This document shows positions 19,144-29,179 of a stretch of DNA of 64,000 nucleotides, piece by piece. How positions within the stretch are numbered: the stretch's first letter is position 1; every line of letters starts with the position of its first letter. The notes under the pieces are model-generated. The model had not been told where the DNA came from. It worked only from the letters and a program-made list of their open reading frames with translations, and searched no databases. This DNA is from an uncultured Gemmatimonadales bacterium. GTDB lineage: Bacteria > Gemmatimonadota > Gemmatimonadetes > Longimicrobiales > Longimicrobiaceae. Position numbers and translations under genes: made by a program. Where the stretch lies: NCBI GenBank assembly GCA_963716255.1, contig OY970303.1, forward strand, positions 4,576,001-4,640,000. The letters run 5' to 3'.

Positions 19144-21021
19144 GTGAGCGAGAAAGACAGGAGCCGGGAGGAGGACACCGGGGACCGGGCGTACGACGTG
19201 CGCCTGGTGCGGCGCCTGGCCCACTACCTGCGCCCGTACCGGCTGGGAGTGGCCGGCTCCATCGCCCTGCTGTTCGTCGGCGCGCCGCTGGAGCTGGTGG
19301 GGCCCTGGATCACCAAGCTGGTCCTGGACCGGGTCGTTCCGCAGCGCGACGAAGGGCTCCTCCTCCTGCTCACCGGCGCCTTCGTGGGAGCGCTGGCGTT
19401 CGCGTTCGTGCTCCGGTACGTGCAGGCCATCCTGACCACCTGGCTGGCGCAGCGGGTGATGTTCGACATCCGGGTGGAGGTGTTCTCGCACCTGCAGCGG
19501 CTGTCGCTGCGCTTCTTCGACGCCAACCCGGTCGGCCGGCTGATGACCCGGGTGACCAACGACATCGAGGTCCTGAACGAGGTGTTCGGGGCGGGGATCG
19601 TCACCATCTTCGGCGATGTCTTCGTCCTGCTCTTCGTCGCGGCGGCGATGTTCCGCATGGACTGGCGGCTGGCGCTGATCGCGCTGACCATCTTCCCCTT
19701 CATCGTCGTTGCCACGCTCGTCTTCCGCGCCCGGATGCGCGGGACCCTGCGCGAGATCCGGGTACTCGTGGCACGGATCAACGCGTACCTGCAGGAGCGC
19801 GTGGGGGGGATGCGCGTGGTGCAGCTCTTCGGGCGCGAGGAGCCGTCGCTGCGGCACTTCCGCGAGGTCAACGACGAGCACCAGGAAGCGCACCTCCGCT
19901 TCGTCACCAGCTCCGCGCTCTTCCTCCCGGTGCTCGAAGTGCTCACCGCCGTCGCCCTTGCGCTGATCCTGTGGTACGGCGGGGTGCGGGCGCTGGACGG
20001 GGCGGTCACGGTGGGCACCATTGCCGCCTTCCTGCAGTACGCGCGGCGCTTCTTCGCCCCCATCCAGGACATGGCGGAGAAATTCAACATCCTGCAGGGG
20101 GCCATGGCGTCGTCTGAGCGCATCTTCGCCCTGCTGGACACGGAGCCGGAGATCCGCGACGACCCGGATCCGCTGCACCTGCCCGCCAAGGCTGCGGGGC
20201 TGATCGAGTTCCGCGACGTGTGGTTCCGCTACGGGGAGGCGGACCCGTGGGTGCTCAAGGGCGTGTCCTTCACGGCGCGCCCGGGCGAGCGGGTGGCGAT
20301 CGTGGGGGCGACGGGTGCGGGAAAGAGCACCATCATCAACCTGCTGATGCGCTTCTACGAGCCGGAGAAGGGGGAGATCCTGTTCGACGGCGTGCCCATC
20401 CGGCGCGTGCCCATCCGGGAGCTGCGCGGGCGCGTGGGGCTGGTGCTCCAGGACGTGTTCCTGTTCAGCGGCGAGGTGAGCTACAACGTGCGGCTGGGGC
20501 GCACGGACATCTCGGACGAGCGGATCCGGCAGGCGGCGGAGCGGGTGGGCGCGGACCCGTTCATCCGGCGGCTGCCGGGCGGGTACGAGCAGCCGCTGGG
20601 AGAGCGGGGGATCTCGCTGTCGGTGGGGGAGCGGCAGCTGGTGTCGTTCACGCGGGCGCTGGCCTTCGACCCGCCGGTGCTGGTGCTGGACGAGGCGACG
20701 AGCTCGGTGGACTCGGAGCTGGAGGCGCAGATCGAGCGTGCGCTGGGGGAGCTGATGAAGGGACGGACGTCGCTGGTGATCGCGCACCGTCTCTCGACCA
20801 TCCAGAGCGCGGACCAGATCCTGGTGCTTCACCACGGGGAGATCCGGGAGCGGGGGACGCACGCCGAGCTTCTGCGGCAGGGAGGGCTGTACGCGCGCCT
20901 GCACGAGCTCCAGTTCGTGCGCGCGGAGCTGGCCCACCTGCCGCCGGGGCAGGTGGACATCGAGCCCGAGGCGGAGCCGGGGGCGGAGCCGGCGGGGGCG
21001 CAGGCGGACCCGGTGGCGTAG
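19144..21021 (+). CDS. ABC exporter permease/ATPase, tandem paralog, copy 2
   Basis: NBD nearly identical to copy 1; TMD diverged. Confidence 0.95.
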   Translation: MSEKDRSREEDTGDRAYDVRLVRRLAHYLRPYRLGVAGSIALLFVGAPLELVGPWITKLVLDRVVPQRDEGLLLLLTGAFVGALAFAFVLRYVQAILTTWLAQRVMFDIRVEVFSHLQRLSLRFFDANPVGRLMTRVTNDIEVLNEVFGAGIVTIFGDVFVLLFVAAAMFRMDWRLALIALTIFPFIVVATLVFRARMRGTLREIRVLVARINAYLQERVGGMRVVQLFGREEPSLRHFREVNDEHQEAHLRFVTSSALFLPVLEVLTAVALALILWYGGVRALDGAVTVGTIAAFLQYARRFFAPIQDMAEKFNILQGAMASSERIFALLDTEPEIRDDPDPLHLPAKAAGLIEFRDVWFRYGEADPWVLKGVSFTARPGERVAIVGATGAGKSTIINLLMRFYEPEKGEILFDGVPIRRVPIRELRGRVGLVLQDVFLFSGEVSYNVRLGRTDISDERIRQAAERVGADPFIRRLPGGYEQPLGERGISLSVGERQLVSFTRALAFDPPVLVLDEATSSVDSELEAQIERALGELMKGRTSLVIAHRLSTIQSADQILVLHHGEIRERGTHAELLRQGGLYARLHELQFVRAELAHLPPGQVDIEPEAEPGAEPAGAQADPVA

Positions 21022-21050
21022 ACGTCTTCGGCGGCGCAGGCGTCTTCGGC

Positions 21051-21249
21051 GGGCCGCTCCGGAGCCCGGCGGTACAGCTGCCGGTCTCCTGCGCGGGCTC
21101 CGCGAACCCCGCCGAACTGCCGGCGGGTTTCCCTTCGCCGGAGGGAGCCTCGCCGAACAGCCGGCGTGTCTCCCTCCGTGAAGAACAATGTGGGTACAGC
21201 GGAACGACGAAAGGCGCCCCCGCCGCGAGATCCCGGCGGGGGCGCCTTC
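21051..21249 (+). repeat. Family-B modular repeat, copy 2, plus family-C hairpin
   Basis: Same architecture as 18789-18984. Confidence 0.85.
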
Positions 21250-21270
21250 TCGTGCTTCGCGCTCCCGTAT

Positions 21271-22590
21271 CTACTTCCGCGCTCCCGCGCTCCGCACCCT
21301 CGCGGCCCCCGCCGGCGGCGCGGCCTTTCCCAGCTTGGCGTCGTACAGGCGGGCGTCGGCGGCGGCGATCATCTCCTCGGGCGAAGCGAAGCCCGGCTCG
21401 TACGCGGCGATCCCCACGCTCACGGCGATGGTCCCGGCCAGGCGGCGCCGGACCCGCTCCACCAGGGACCGGGCGCCGTCCTCGCTGCCGCGGGGGAGGA
21501 TGACGACGAACTCGTCGCCGCCGTAGCGCACCACCAGGTCGGAGCCGCGTACCTCCTGGCGCATCGCGTCGGCGACGGAGCGGAGGATGCGGTCGCCGGC
21601 CAGGTGGCCCTGCCCGTCGTTGACCGCCTTGAAGTCGTCCAGGTCCACCACCACCAGGGTGAGCGGCTCGCCCCGGCGCGCCGCGGCCCAGGCGCGCTCC
21701 AGCACCACCTCCATCTGGCGGCGGTTGGCCAGGCCGGTGAGCGGGTCGGTGAGCGACAGGCTGCGCACCTCCCCCAGGAGGCGCACCCGCTTCAGCGCCG
21801 CCTCGGCGAGGCTGGCCAGCGCGCGGAAGATGTCCCAGTCCTGGGGCTCGAAGAGCCGCTCCGCGCGGCGCTCCACCAGGAAGAGGAGGCCGTCCTCGCC
21901 CACAGGGGTGTGGGCCACGTAGGCGGCGCGGGTCTCGGTGAAGAGGGGAGAAAGGGCGGAGAAAGGGGAGCCCGTGTCGGCGCGGGCGTCGCCGCGGGCC
22001 AGGATCCCGGGGCGCCGGAAGCGCGCGTGCGCCGGGAGGGCCAGCCGCCGCGCCTCCGTCCCCCCGATGCAGTGCTCCACGGGGCGGAATACCCCGGCCG
22101 CCGGGTCGCGCAGGAAGAGGACGGCCATGTACCCGTCCACGATGCGCAGCACGTGCTCGCCCAGGGCGCGGCACACCTCCTCCGCGCTTTCCGCGTCGTT
22201 CAGCTGCTCCGAGAAGGCGATCAGCTTCTCGGGTAGCTGCTCGCGGCGCCACGCCCGCAGCCGCTCCTGCCGCCAGGCCGCCGCTCCCGCCGCCGCGCGC
22301 TCCAGCAGGTCCTCGCCGCCGCCGCCGCGGGGGATGGAGCGGACGGCCGCCCCCGCCAGCAGCACCGCGTCCCGCGTTCCCAGGTCCAGCAGCACCACCG
22401 CTTCGTCCGAGGGGAGGACCGACTCCGTCTCGCGCACCGCCACCGGGTGCAGGGCGCCGCCGGGCTCCGCGCCGCAGGCCATGAGCGCCAGCCGGTACCC
22501 GCCCGCGGCCTGGAAGGATTCACCCTCCGGCGAGGCGGGGCTGGCGAGCAGCAGGCTCAGCTCGCGGTCCTCCCTGCGGCGAAACTTCAT
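21271..22590 (-). CDS. GAF-GGDEF diguanylate cyclase
   Basis: SLTDPLTGLANRR, DLDDFKAVND, RGSD I-site and YGGDEF; start at MKFRRRED. Confidence 0.9.
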   Translation of the reverse strand: MKFRRREDRELSLLLASPASPEGESFQAAGGYRLALMACGAEPGGALHPVAVRETESVLPSDEAVVLLDLGTRDAVLLAGAAVRSIPRGGGGEDLLERAAAGAAAWRQERLRAWRREQLPEKLIAFSEQLNDAESAEEVCRALGEHVLRIVDGYMAVLFLRDPAAGVFRPVEHCIGGTEARRLALPAHARFRRPGILARGDARADTGSPFSALSPLFTETRAAYVAHTPVGEDGLLFLVERRAERLFEPQDWDIFRALASLAEAALKRVRLLGEVRSLSLTDPLTGLANRRQMEVVLERAWAAARRGEPLTLVVVDLDDFKAVNDGQGHLAGDRILRSVADAMRQEVRGSDLVVRYGGDEFVVILPRGSEDGARSLVERVRRRLAGTIAVSVGIAAYEPGFASPEEMIAAADARLYDAKLGKAAPPAGAARVRSAGARK

Positions 22591-22986
22591 GAATTTGCTC
22601 CTCCCGTGCGGCGGGTGGCCAAGGCGGGCGGGTCGCCGGGAACGCCTGAAAGGTGCATGCCGCGGCGATAGTGTCCGGAGTGGACGGCGGCGGCGGCGGC
22701 GTGGGGCGGCCTGGGGTTTTTCCGAAAAGGGCGGCGGGCGGCCCGAATATAAGCAGCGTAACCGGTTAACACAACCGCGCTTGGCGTCCCGGAGCATCGC
22801 ATCCCGCAGCGTCGTGCGTTTGCCGGCCCGACGGAGTGCGGGCGCGCGCCTCACGCTCCCGGGGTGTTCCCGTAACCCGAAGCGTATAAGGGATTTGGCT
22901 TTTACTGGCCTGCTTCTTGCCCGCTCTTGCGACCCCAGGGCCGGCGCCGGCTCTCCTCCGCTTTTCCCGCAACGTACGGCCGAATC

Positions 22987-23373
22987 GTGAACGACAAGAC
23001 GATCCTGGTAGTGGACGACAACGTCGACAACGTGGAGATCCTGCGCGCGTTCCTGGAGTCGCGGGGCTACGTGGTCGCGGAGGCGCAGGACGGCCGCGCC
23101 GCGCTGGCGAAGATGGAGCAGGTCCGCCCGGCCCTGGTGCTGCTCGACGTGATGATGCCGGGGATGGACGGGTGGCAGGTGTGCCGCACCATCAAGAACC
23201 ACCCCGACTTCGGCGACACGCGCGTGGTCATGGTGACCGCGAAGGGCGGGTTCGAGGACAAGTTCGAGGGGCTGCGCTCCGGCGCCGACGACTACGTGGT
23301 GAAGCCCGTGGACCTCAAGGAGCTCGCGGAAAAGGTGCAGCGCAACCTCGCGGCCCGGGAGGGCGGCGCGTGA
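22987..23373 (+). CDS. Single-domain response regulator
   Basis: ILVVDD, LLDVMMPGMDG, VTAK and DDYVVKP motifs. Confidence 0.92.
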   Translation: MNDKTILVVDDNVDNVEILRAFLESRGYVVAEAQDGRAALAKMEQVRPALVLLDVMMPGMDGWQVCRTIKNHPDFGDTRVVMVTAKGGFEDKFEGLRSGADDYVVKPVDLKELAEKVQRNLAAREGGA

Positions 23374-25034
23374 GGGTTCTGGCGCGGGTGCAGGACACCC
23401 CCCTGCAGGAGGAGCTGGTGAACGCGGCCGCCCGCCTGGGCGCGGAGCTGATGCTGGTGAACGCGCCGGAGGCCTCCAGCGTGGCGGCGGGCGACCGGCT
23501 GCTGGACGCGGTGCGGTCGCACCCGGACGTGGTGTTCGTGGAGTCGGCGTCGGGGGACGAGATCCGCACGCTGCGCGCGGAGACCGCCTCGCGGGGAATC
23601 GCGCTGGTGGTAGCGTGCCCCGGCGACCAGGTCGCCGCCTGCGCCTCCGAGGCGCGAGCCGACGAGTGGCTGCTGGCGTCCAGCGGCGAGGTGGAGATCG
23701 CCTCCCGCATCGAGTCCGCGCTGGCGCGCGTGCGCAAGGCGGAGCGCCCGGAGGCGACCGCGCAGGCCGCCGAGCACCTGCGCTACGAGGAGCTGCTTTA
23801 CGACCGCTTCACCGGGTTTCCCACGCTCCCGGTGATGCTGGAGCGCGGCCGCGAGATCCTGGAGCGCACCGGGCGGCTCACGATCCTGTACATCGAGTTC
23901 GTCCGCTACTCCAAGCTGGAGGAGATCTACGGCTGGCAGAAGCTGGACGAAGTGCTGCAGACCACCGCCGGGTCGGTGCGCGAGTTCTACGACCGCCAGC
24001 GCGGCGCGTCGGAAAGCCACCTGATGGTGTCGCACACCGGCGACGACGACTTCATCTTCTTCACCGACCTGCAGCAGCAACCGGTGGAGGACGCGGAACG
24101 GCGCATCAACGAACTGGCGGAGGAGCTGGAGCGCTACATCGCCGAGCGGCTGGAAAAGGAGCACGGGGAGGACATCGCGGGGCTGTTCGGGATCTACGTG
24201 GGCTCCACCACCCTGTTCCGCAACCCCAAGATCCGCACCGAGCGCATGATCTACCGCGGGATCCGCGAGGCGGCGCTGGCGGCCCGCAGCGTGGAGCACC
24301 GCGAGCGGAGCCGCAAGGTGGCGGACCTCAAGAACACGCTCCGCGAGGGCGCGGTCTACATCGTCTACCACCCCATCGTGGTGACGGAGACGCGCGAAGT
24401 GTACGGCTACGAGGCGCTCGCGCGCGGGAGCCTGCGGAGCCTCCGCTCGCCGGAGGTGCTCTTCGGGGTGGCCGAGGAGGCGAACCTGATCTGGGAGCTT
24501 TCCCGCCTCTGCCGCAAGCGGGCCATCGAAGGGATCGACGAGAACCTCAAGCCCCACGAGCTGCTCTTCATCAACATCGACCCGCACGACTTCCGCGACC
24601 CCACCTTCCGCTACCTGGACCTGGACGAGCTGGGGGTGGAGCACCCGGAGCGCATCGTGCTGGAGATCACGGAGCGCACCGCGATCACCGACTACCCCAC
24701 CTTCCAGGGCTACCTGGACGACTTCCGGGCGCGCGGCTTCCGCTTCGCCGTGGACGACGCGGGATCGGGGTACGCGGGGCTGGGGAGCATCGCCAACCTG
24801 GCGCCGGACTTCATCAAGCTGGACATCTCGCTGATCTCCAGCATCGACACCAACTTCATGAAGCAGAACCTGGTGGACACCATGGTGTCGTTCGCCAACG
24901 ACCACGACATCAAGGTGATCGCGGAGGGGGTGGAGCGCGAGGAGGAGTACGAGACCGTCAAGGCGCTGGGGGTGCACCTGACGCAGGGATTCCTCTTCCA
25001 CAACGCCCAGGGGAACGGAAAGGGCGAGCCCTGA
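23370..25034 (+). CDS. Degenerate-GGDEF/EAL c-di-GMP phosphodiesterase
   Basis: TGDDDF in place of GGDEF; YEALAR, LEITE, VDDAGSGYAGL and IAEGVE motifs. GTGA overlap with the upstream gene. Confidence 0.9.
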   Translation: MRVLARVQDTPLQEELVNAAARLGAELMLVNAPEASSVAAGDRLLDAVRSHPDVVFVESASGDEIRTLRAETASRGIALVVACPGDQVAACASEARADEWLLASSGEVEIASRIESALARVRKAERPEATAQAAEHLRYEELLYDRFTGFPTLPVMLERGREILERTGRLTILYIEFVRYSKLEEIYGWQKLDEVLQTTAGSVREFYDRQRGASESHLMVSHTGDDDFIFFTDLQQQPVEDAERRINELAEELERYIAERLEKEHGEDIAGLFGIYVGSTTLFRNPKIRTERMIYRGIREAALAARSVEHRERSRKVADLKNTLREGAVYIVYHPIVVTETREVYGYEALARGSLRSLRSPEVLFGVAEEANLIWELSRLCRKRAIEGIDENLKPHELLFINIDPHDFRDPTFRYLDLDELGVEHPERIVLEITERTAITDYPTFQGYLDDFRARGFRFAVDDAGSGYAGLGSIANLAPDFIKLDISLISSIDTNFMKQNLVDTMVSFANDHDIKVIAEGVEREEEYETVKALGVHLTQGFLFHNAQGNGKGEP

Positions 25035-26218
25035 TGGACGAGAGCGCGGCCGGCACGATCCGCCCGGCGGGCCCGGTGGAAGGCGGGATGCCCACGGCGC
25101 CCCCGCAGGAGGAGAGCACGCTGCGCGCGGCGGCGCTGGCCGACCTGCTGGCCTCGCGCCGGGGGGAGCGGCACGTGGTGGCCATCCAGGACTTCCCGGA
25201 CCCGGACGCGATCTCGTCGGGGATGGCCTACCGGGAGATGGCGCGCGTCTTCGGGGTGGAAGCGGACGTGGTGTACGACGGCCAAATCAGCCACCCGGAG
25301 AACCTGGCGCTGGTCAACCTGCTCGACATCCAGCTCACCCGCTACGACGAGCGGCTCAAGCTGGACCTCTACGACGCGGCGGTGTTCGTGGACAACCAGG
25401 GGAGCACCACGCACCTGACGGAGCGCCTGCGCGCCGCGGGGGTGCCCACGCTGGCGGTGATCGACCACCACGACCCGCAGGACGTGCTGGACCCGGTGTT
25501 CAGCGACATCCGCCCGGTGAGCGCGGCGGCCACCCTGATGACGGAGTACCTGCGCAGCGGCCGCATCCTGCAGCTGAACCCGGAGAACCGCTCGCACGTG
25601 CAGCTCGCCACCGCGCTGATGCACGGGCTGCACAGCGAGACGGACGGGTTCATCCACGCCCGGTCGCCGGAGTACCGGGCCGCCTCGTACCTGAGCGGCT
25701 TCGTGGACGCGGACCTGCTGGAGCGGGTGCTGTGCGTCCAGAAGTCGCACGCCACCATGGACGCGATCGAGGCGGCGCTGGCGAACCGCATCATCCAGGG
25801 GGGGATCTCGGTGGCGGGGGTGGGCTACCTGCGCTGGGCCGACCGCGACGCCATCCCCCAGGCGGCGGACTTTCTCCTCACGGAGGAGAACGTGCACACC
25901 GCGGTGGTCTACGGCATCCTCTGCGACGACGACCGCGAACTGGTCACCGGCAGCCTGCGCACCTCCAAGGTGACGCTCTCGGTGGACTCGTTCCTCAAGA
26001 AGGCGCTGGGCAGCGACCTGCGCGGCCAGCCCTACGGCGGCGGCCGCAGCCGCGCGGGCGGCTTCGAGATCGAGGTGGGCTTCCTCGCCGGCGGCGAGGA
26101 CGACTCCGACGGCCGCGAGGCCAAGTGGACCCTTTTCGACCGCCGCATCCGCCGCCGGATCTTCCACGCCGCCGGCCTGGACGCCGACGACGATGCGGGG
26201 TGCGGAGTGGAGGGGTAA
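25034..26218 (+). CDS. DHH/DHHA1 phosphoesterase (NrnA-like)
   Basis: QDFPDPDAISS, FVD, IDHH and GGGRSRAGG motifs; TGATG overlap. Confidence 0.88.
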   Translation: MDESAAGTIRPAGPVEGGMPTAPPQEESTLRAAALADLLASRRGERHVVAIQDFPDPDAISSGMAYREMARVFGVEADVVYDGQISHPENLALVNLLDIQLTRYDERLKLDLYDAAVFVDNQGSTTHLTERLRAAGVPTLAVIDHHDPQDVLDPVFSDIRPVSAAATLMTEYLRSGRILQLNPENRSHVQLATALMHGLHSETDGFIHARSPEYRAASYLSGFVDADLLERVLCVQKSHATMDAIEAALANRIIQGGISVAGVGYLRWADRDAIPQAADFLLTEENVHTAVVYGILCDDDRELVTGSLRTSKVTLSVDSFLKKALGSDLRGQPYGGGRSRAGGFEIEVGFLAGGEDDSDGREAKWTLFDRRIRRRIFHAAGLDADDDAGCGVEG

Positions 26219-26265
26219 GGAAGTGCGGGAGTGCGAAAGTGAACGGCAGTACGGAGTACGAAGTA

Positions 26266-27407
26266 CTCATACCAAAACGACTGAACCAAAGTGCATTCCA
26301 GGGGTAAGCACGGGCGAACCCTAAGTAGTTGAGCGGTATCGATGTACAAACGCCTGCCTCAGATCAAGGAAGCGCTGGAGGAACTCGACGTCCGCTTGAA
26401 GCGCGAGCGCGATGCCCAACTCCGTCCCCGCCTCCACCTGTTGGTGCTGGTCGCCTCGGGTCGGGCTCGCACTCGGCAGGAAGCGGCCGAACACCTGGCG
26501 CTGCACCGCAACACGATCGGCCGCTGGCTGGCAGCCTACGAGCAAGGCGGCCTGGATCGGCTGCTCACCGTCGAGAAGACCGGAGCCAAGCCAGGGCAGA
26601 AGACGCTTCCCGAGCCCGTCTGGCAGGCGCTCCAGGTGCGCTTGAATGCAGAGGGCTTTTCCGACTACAAGCATGTGCAGCGCTGGTTGGAAGAGGAGTG
26701 GGGCCTGGAGATCCCCTACAAGACCTTGCATCCGCTGGTGCGCTACCGGCTCGGGGCCAAGCTGAAACGGGCGCGGCCGGTCCATGCGAAAAAAACTCGA
26801 GCGAGGCGGCGAACTTCCCTGCACGCCTAAAGCGCGTGGTCGATTGTGCCGTGGCCTTCTCGCCCCGGCCGGTGCGACTCTTCGCCCAGGACGAGAGCCG
26901 CCTGGGTTTGCATGAGGGACAGACCCGTCGATGGCTGAACGCGCCGGGGGTGAAGCCGCTCCAGAGGGTGCTGCCGCGCTACGAGTACTTCTGGCTCTAC
27001 GGCGCGGTGGAGCCAGCCACGGGCGAGGCCTTCTTCCTGGAGATGCCGGCGCTGGACACGCCCTGCTTTCAGGCCTTCCTCACTGAGTTCGGCCGCAGTT
27101 ACCCGGAGAGCCTGAACCTGCTGGTCCTCGACGGTGCCCCGGCTCACATCGCCGGGCGGCTGATCGTGCCCGAGAACGTGCTGCTGGTGCGCTTACCGCC
27201 CTACAGCCCCGAACTCAACCCCGTGGAGCGGCTCTGGCAGGATCTACGGGCGCGCCTCGGATCGGAGCTGCCTGCCAACCTGGAGGCCCTGAAGGAGAAG
27301 ACGGCCCAGCAGATCCGCACCTACACCGCGGAAGGGCTCGCTTCCATCTGCGGCTACGAGTACCTTCTCCACACTCTTGCACCTTAAATCTGCGGATTTG
27401 GTATCAG
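26266..27407 (+). mobile_element. IS630-family insertion sequence
   Basis: Imperfect TIRs CTCATACCAAAACG / CGGATTTGGTATCAG, flanked by TA at 26264-26265 and 27408-27409; visibly lower GC. Confidence 0.9.
26342..27387 (+). CDS. IS630 transposase (OrfA 26342-26830 HTH + OrfB DDE joined by -1 frameshift)
   Basis: A7C run at 26789-26796; FAQDESR, LDGAPAH and PPYSPELNPVERLW motifs. Confidence 0.9.
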
Positions 27408-27416
27408 TACGTGAAA

Positions 27417-27449
27417 GCGCCCCCGCCGGGAGATCCCGGGTGGGGGCGC
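27417..27449. repeat. Family-C hairpin
   Basis: GCGCCCCCGCCGGGAGATCCCGGGTGGGGGCGC. Confidence 0.65.
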
Positions 27450-27453
27450 AGTT

Positions 27454-27582
27454 GCGTGAGGGATTTCGGCCCGAAGGGGCGAGACCGCGCGGCTGTTTGC
27501 GCGGGCTCGACTCCGTTGAGCAGCGTTGTTTGCTGCTCTACGGAGCCGAAGCCCGACCCCGGCGCCAGCCGGGGGCACGCCC
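27454..27582 (-). repeat. Family-A structured repeat, copy 5
   Basis: Inner stem GAGCAGC/GCTGCTC. Confidence 0.9.
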
Positions 27583-27610
27583 AAACCCGCCGTGAAAAGC
27601 CGTTCCGCCG

Positions 27611-28135
27611 TTAGAACCGCTGCTTCCAGCGCGTGTTGGCGGGCGGATTGGTGGCGTTGCAGGCGGCCATGACGAGCTGCGTGCCGTTGGTGCCGGAGGG
27701 GGCCGAGACGCAGTTGCCGCTGGCGCCCATCCACTGGCTGCTGCCCAGGTAGTACCAGTGCTGCGTGTCGGACGGGCTGCTGATGGGGTGGCACGGCCAG
27801 ATCTTGACCGGGGAGCCCACCGAGCCGTTGCTGGGATAATAGTCCATGCACATCTGGTAGCCGCGCGGGCCCGCCTGCCCCTTCTGCACGAGGACGTGGC
27901 CGTCGGTTAGACGCTGGAAGTACTGGTTCACGGAGGACTGGCAGGAGTACACGTCGATGTGGTTACCGTCGCTGAGGTTCCCCTGGTACACGTCCATGCA
28001 CTTGTTGGCGTAGGCGAAGCTCTCGAACATGGACTGGGCGCTTGCCTGCGCCGGGAGGCCGGCGAGCGCGGCGACGGCGAGCAGGGCGCCGAGCCAGGTG
28101 CGGAGGGAACGGAAGCGAGCGGTGCGTGTCTGCAT
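27611..28135 (-). CDS. Secreted ricin-B (beta-trefoil) lectin-domain protein
   Basis: Signal peptide; three repeats with KCMDV/MCMDY/NCVSA, paired Cys and NQYF/TQHW/NTRW (QxW-like). Confidence 0.82.
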   Translation of the reverse strand: MQTRTARFRSLRTWLGALLAVAALAGLPAQASAQSMFESFAYANKCMDVYQGNLSDGNHIDVYSCQSSVNQYFQRLTDGHVLVQKGQAGPRGYQMCMDYYPSNGSVGSPVKIWPCHPISSPSDTQHWYYLGSSQWMGASGNCVSAPSGTNGTQLVMAACNATNPPANTRWKQRF

Positions 28136-28269
28136 TGCTTCTCCTGACGTGAAGGGAGCGACGGATGCATCGGGCTGGACGCTCGGGCCGCCGGCGCCCG
28201 GACATTGTAAACGGGTGGATTCGCCCGGACAAGGGAACGCCCGGCAGCCCCCGGACCAACACGAAACCA

Positions 28270-28312
28270 GCGCCCCCGCCGGGATCTCCCGGAGGGGGCG
28301 CCTTTTTCGTAC
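28270..28312. terminator. Family-C hairpin with T-tract, inverted relative to 27417
   Basis: GCGCCCCCGCCGGGATCTCCCGGAGGGGGCGCCTTTTTCGTAC. Confidence 0.65.
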
Positions 28313-28343
28313 TTCGTTCTGCCGTGGCAGGGTATTTCCCGTC

Positions 28344-29021
28344 CTATTCCCTGTCCCCCGTCTTCACCGCCGCCGTCCACTCGCACGCCTGGGCGCCCCT
28401 GGCCTCGCACGCCGGGTGCTCCAGCAGGTAGCCGCGGCCCGTGTAGCTTTCCATCAGCTCCGTGAGCACGCCCGCGTACAGGGCGCAGGCGGCCCCGCCG
28501 GGGTCGGCGCGGGCGGTGAGCGAGCCGGAGATGCGCATTCCCACCTGGCGGCGCGGGACCTGGAGCCGCCCGTTGCCGGCGATCTGGCGGAAGACGCGCA
28601 GCGAGGCGCGGCGGGCGGAGCGGAGCGCCAGGGAAGGGGGAAGGTGCCGCACCAGGCGGCGAAAGGTGTTGCTGCGCTCCTCCCACGCCAGGCGCGCGAT
28701 GCGCCGGCCGGCCTCCTCGAAGATCTCGTCCGCGTCGGGGCGGCGGATCACCAGGCGGATCAGGTTCTCGATCTCCGCCTCGCCCTGCATGCGCTTGCGG
28801 CGCACCTCCTCGCGGAAGCGGTGGATCTGCGTGTGCACCACGTCGTTGAGCCCGAACCGGCGCGGCAGGCTTGCGGACAGGTCCTCGCCCTCCAGCACCT
28901 CGGCGGGGCGGTCCATGTCGCGCATGGTCTCGAAAAGGATCAGCGGCAGAAGCGGGGTGATCCCCCCCCTGCCCGCCGATCCCGCCGAGCGGCCCTGCCC
29001 CAGCCGGTCCTTCTTCGCCAT
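28344..29021 (-). CDS. V4R-domain protein
   Basis: C-terminal CALYAG...HPACEARGAQACEW. Confidence 0.7.
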   Translation of the reverse strand: MAKKDRLGQGRSAGSAGRGGITPLLPLILFETMRDMDRPAEVLEGEDLSASLPRRFGLNDVVHTQIHRFREEVRRKRMQGEAEIENLIRLVIRRPDADEIFEEAGRRIARLAWEERSNTFRRLVRHLPPSLALRSARRASLRVFRQIAGNGRLQVPRRQVGMRISGSLTARADPGGAACALYAGVLTELMESYTGRGYLLEHPACEARGAQACEWTAAVKTGDRE

Positions 29022-29179
29022 GTCGCGCCCGGTGATCGGTTGGAGTGCAGACGGGGGGCGGAATTTCGCCCTTCCGCCCCGCCACCGCAACCCCGCGCGC
29101 GCCCCCATCGGCCCGCCTCTTGCTTGCCCGGGAGCGAAGCACGGGCACAGTCTCGATTCACGGAACCGCGGAGGCCGGA

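Noticed and set aside
16888..20937. Long antisense ORFs (1349 aa here; also 7277-9931, 41946-45155, 45189-48524, 50226-53246, 54857-57865)
   Set aside because: Shadow frames opposite well-supported genes, expected at this GC content; no motifs.
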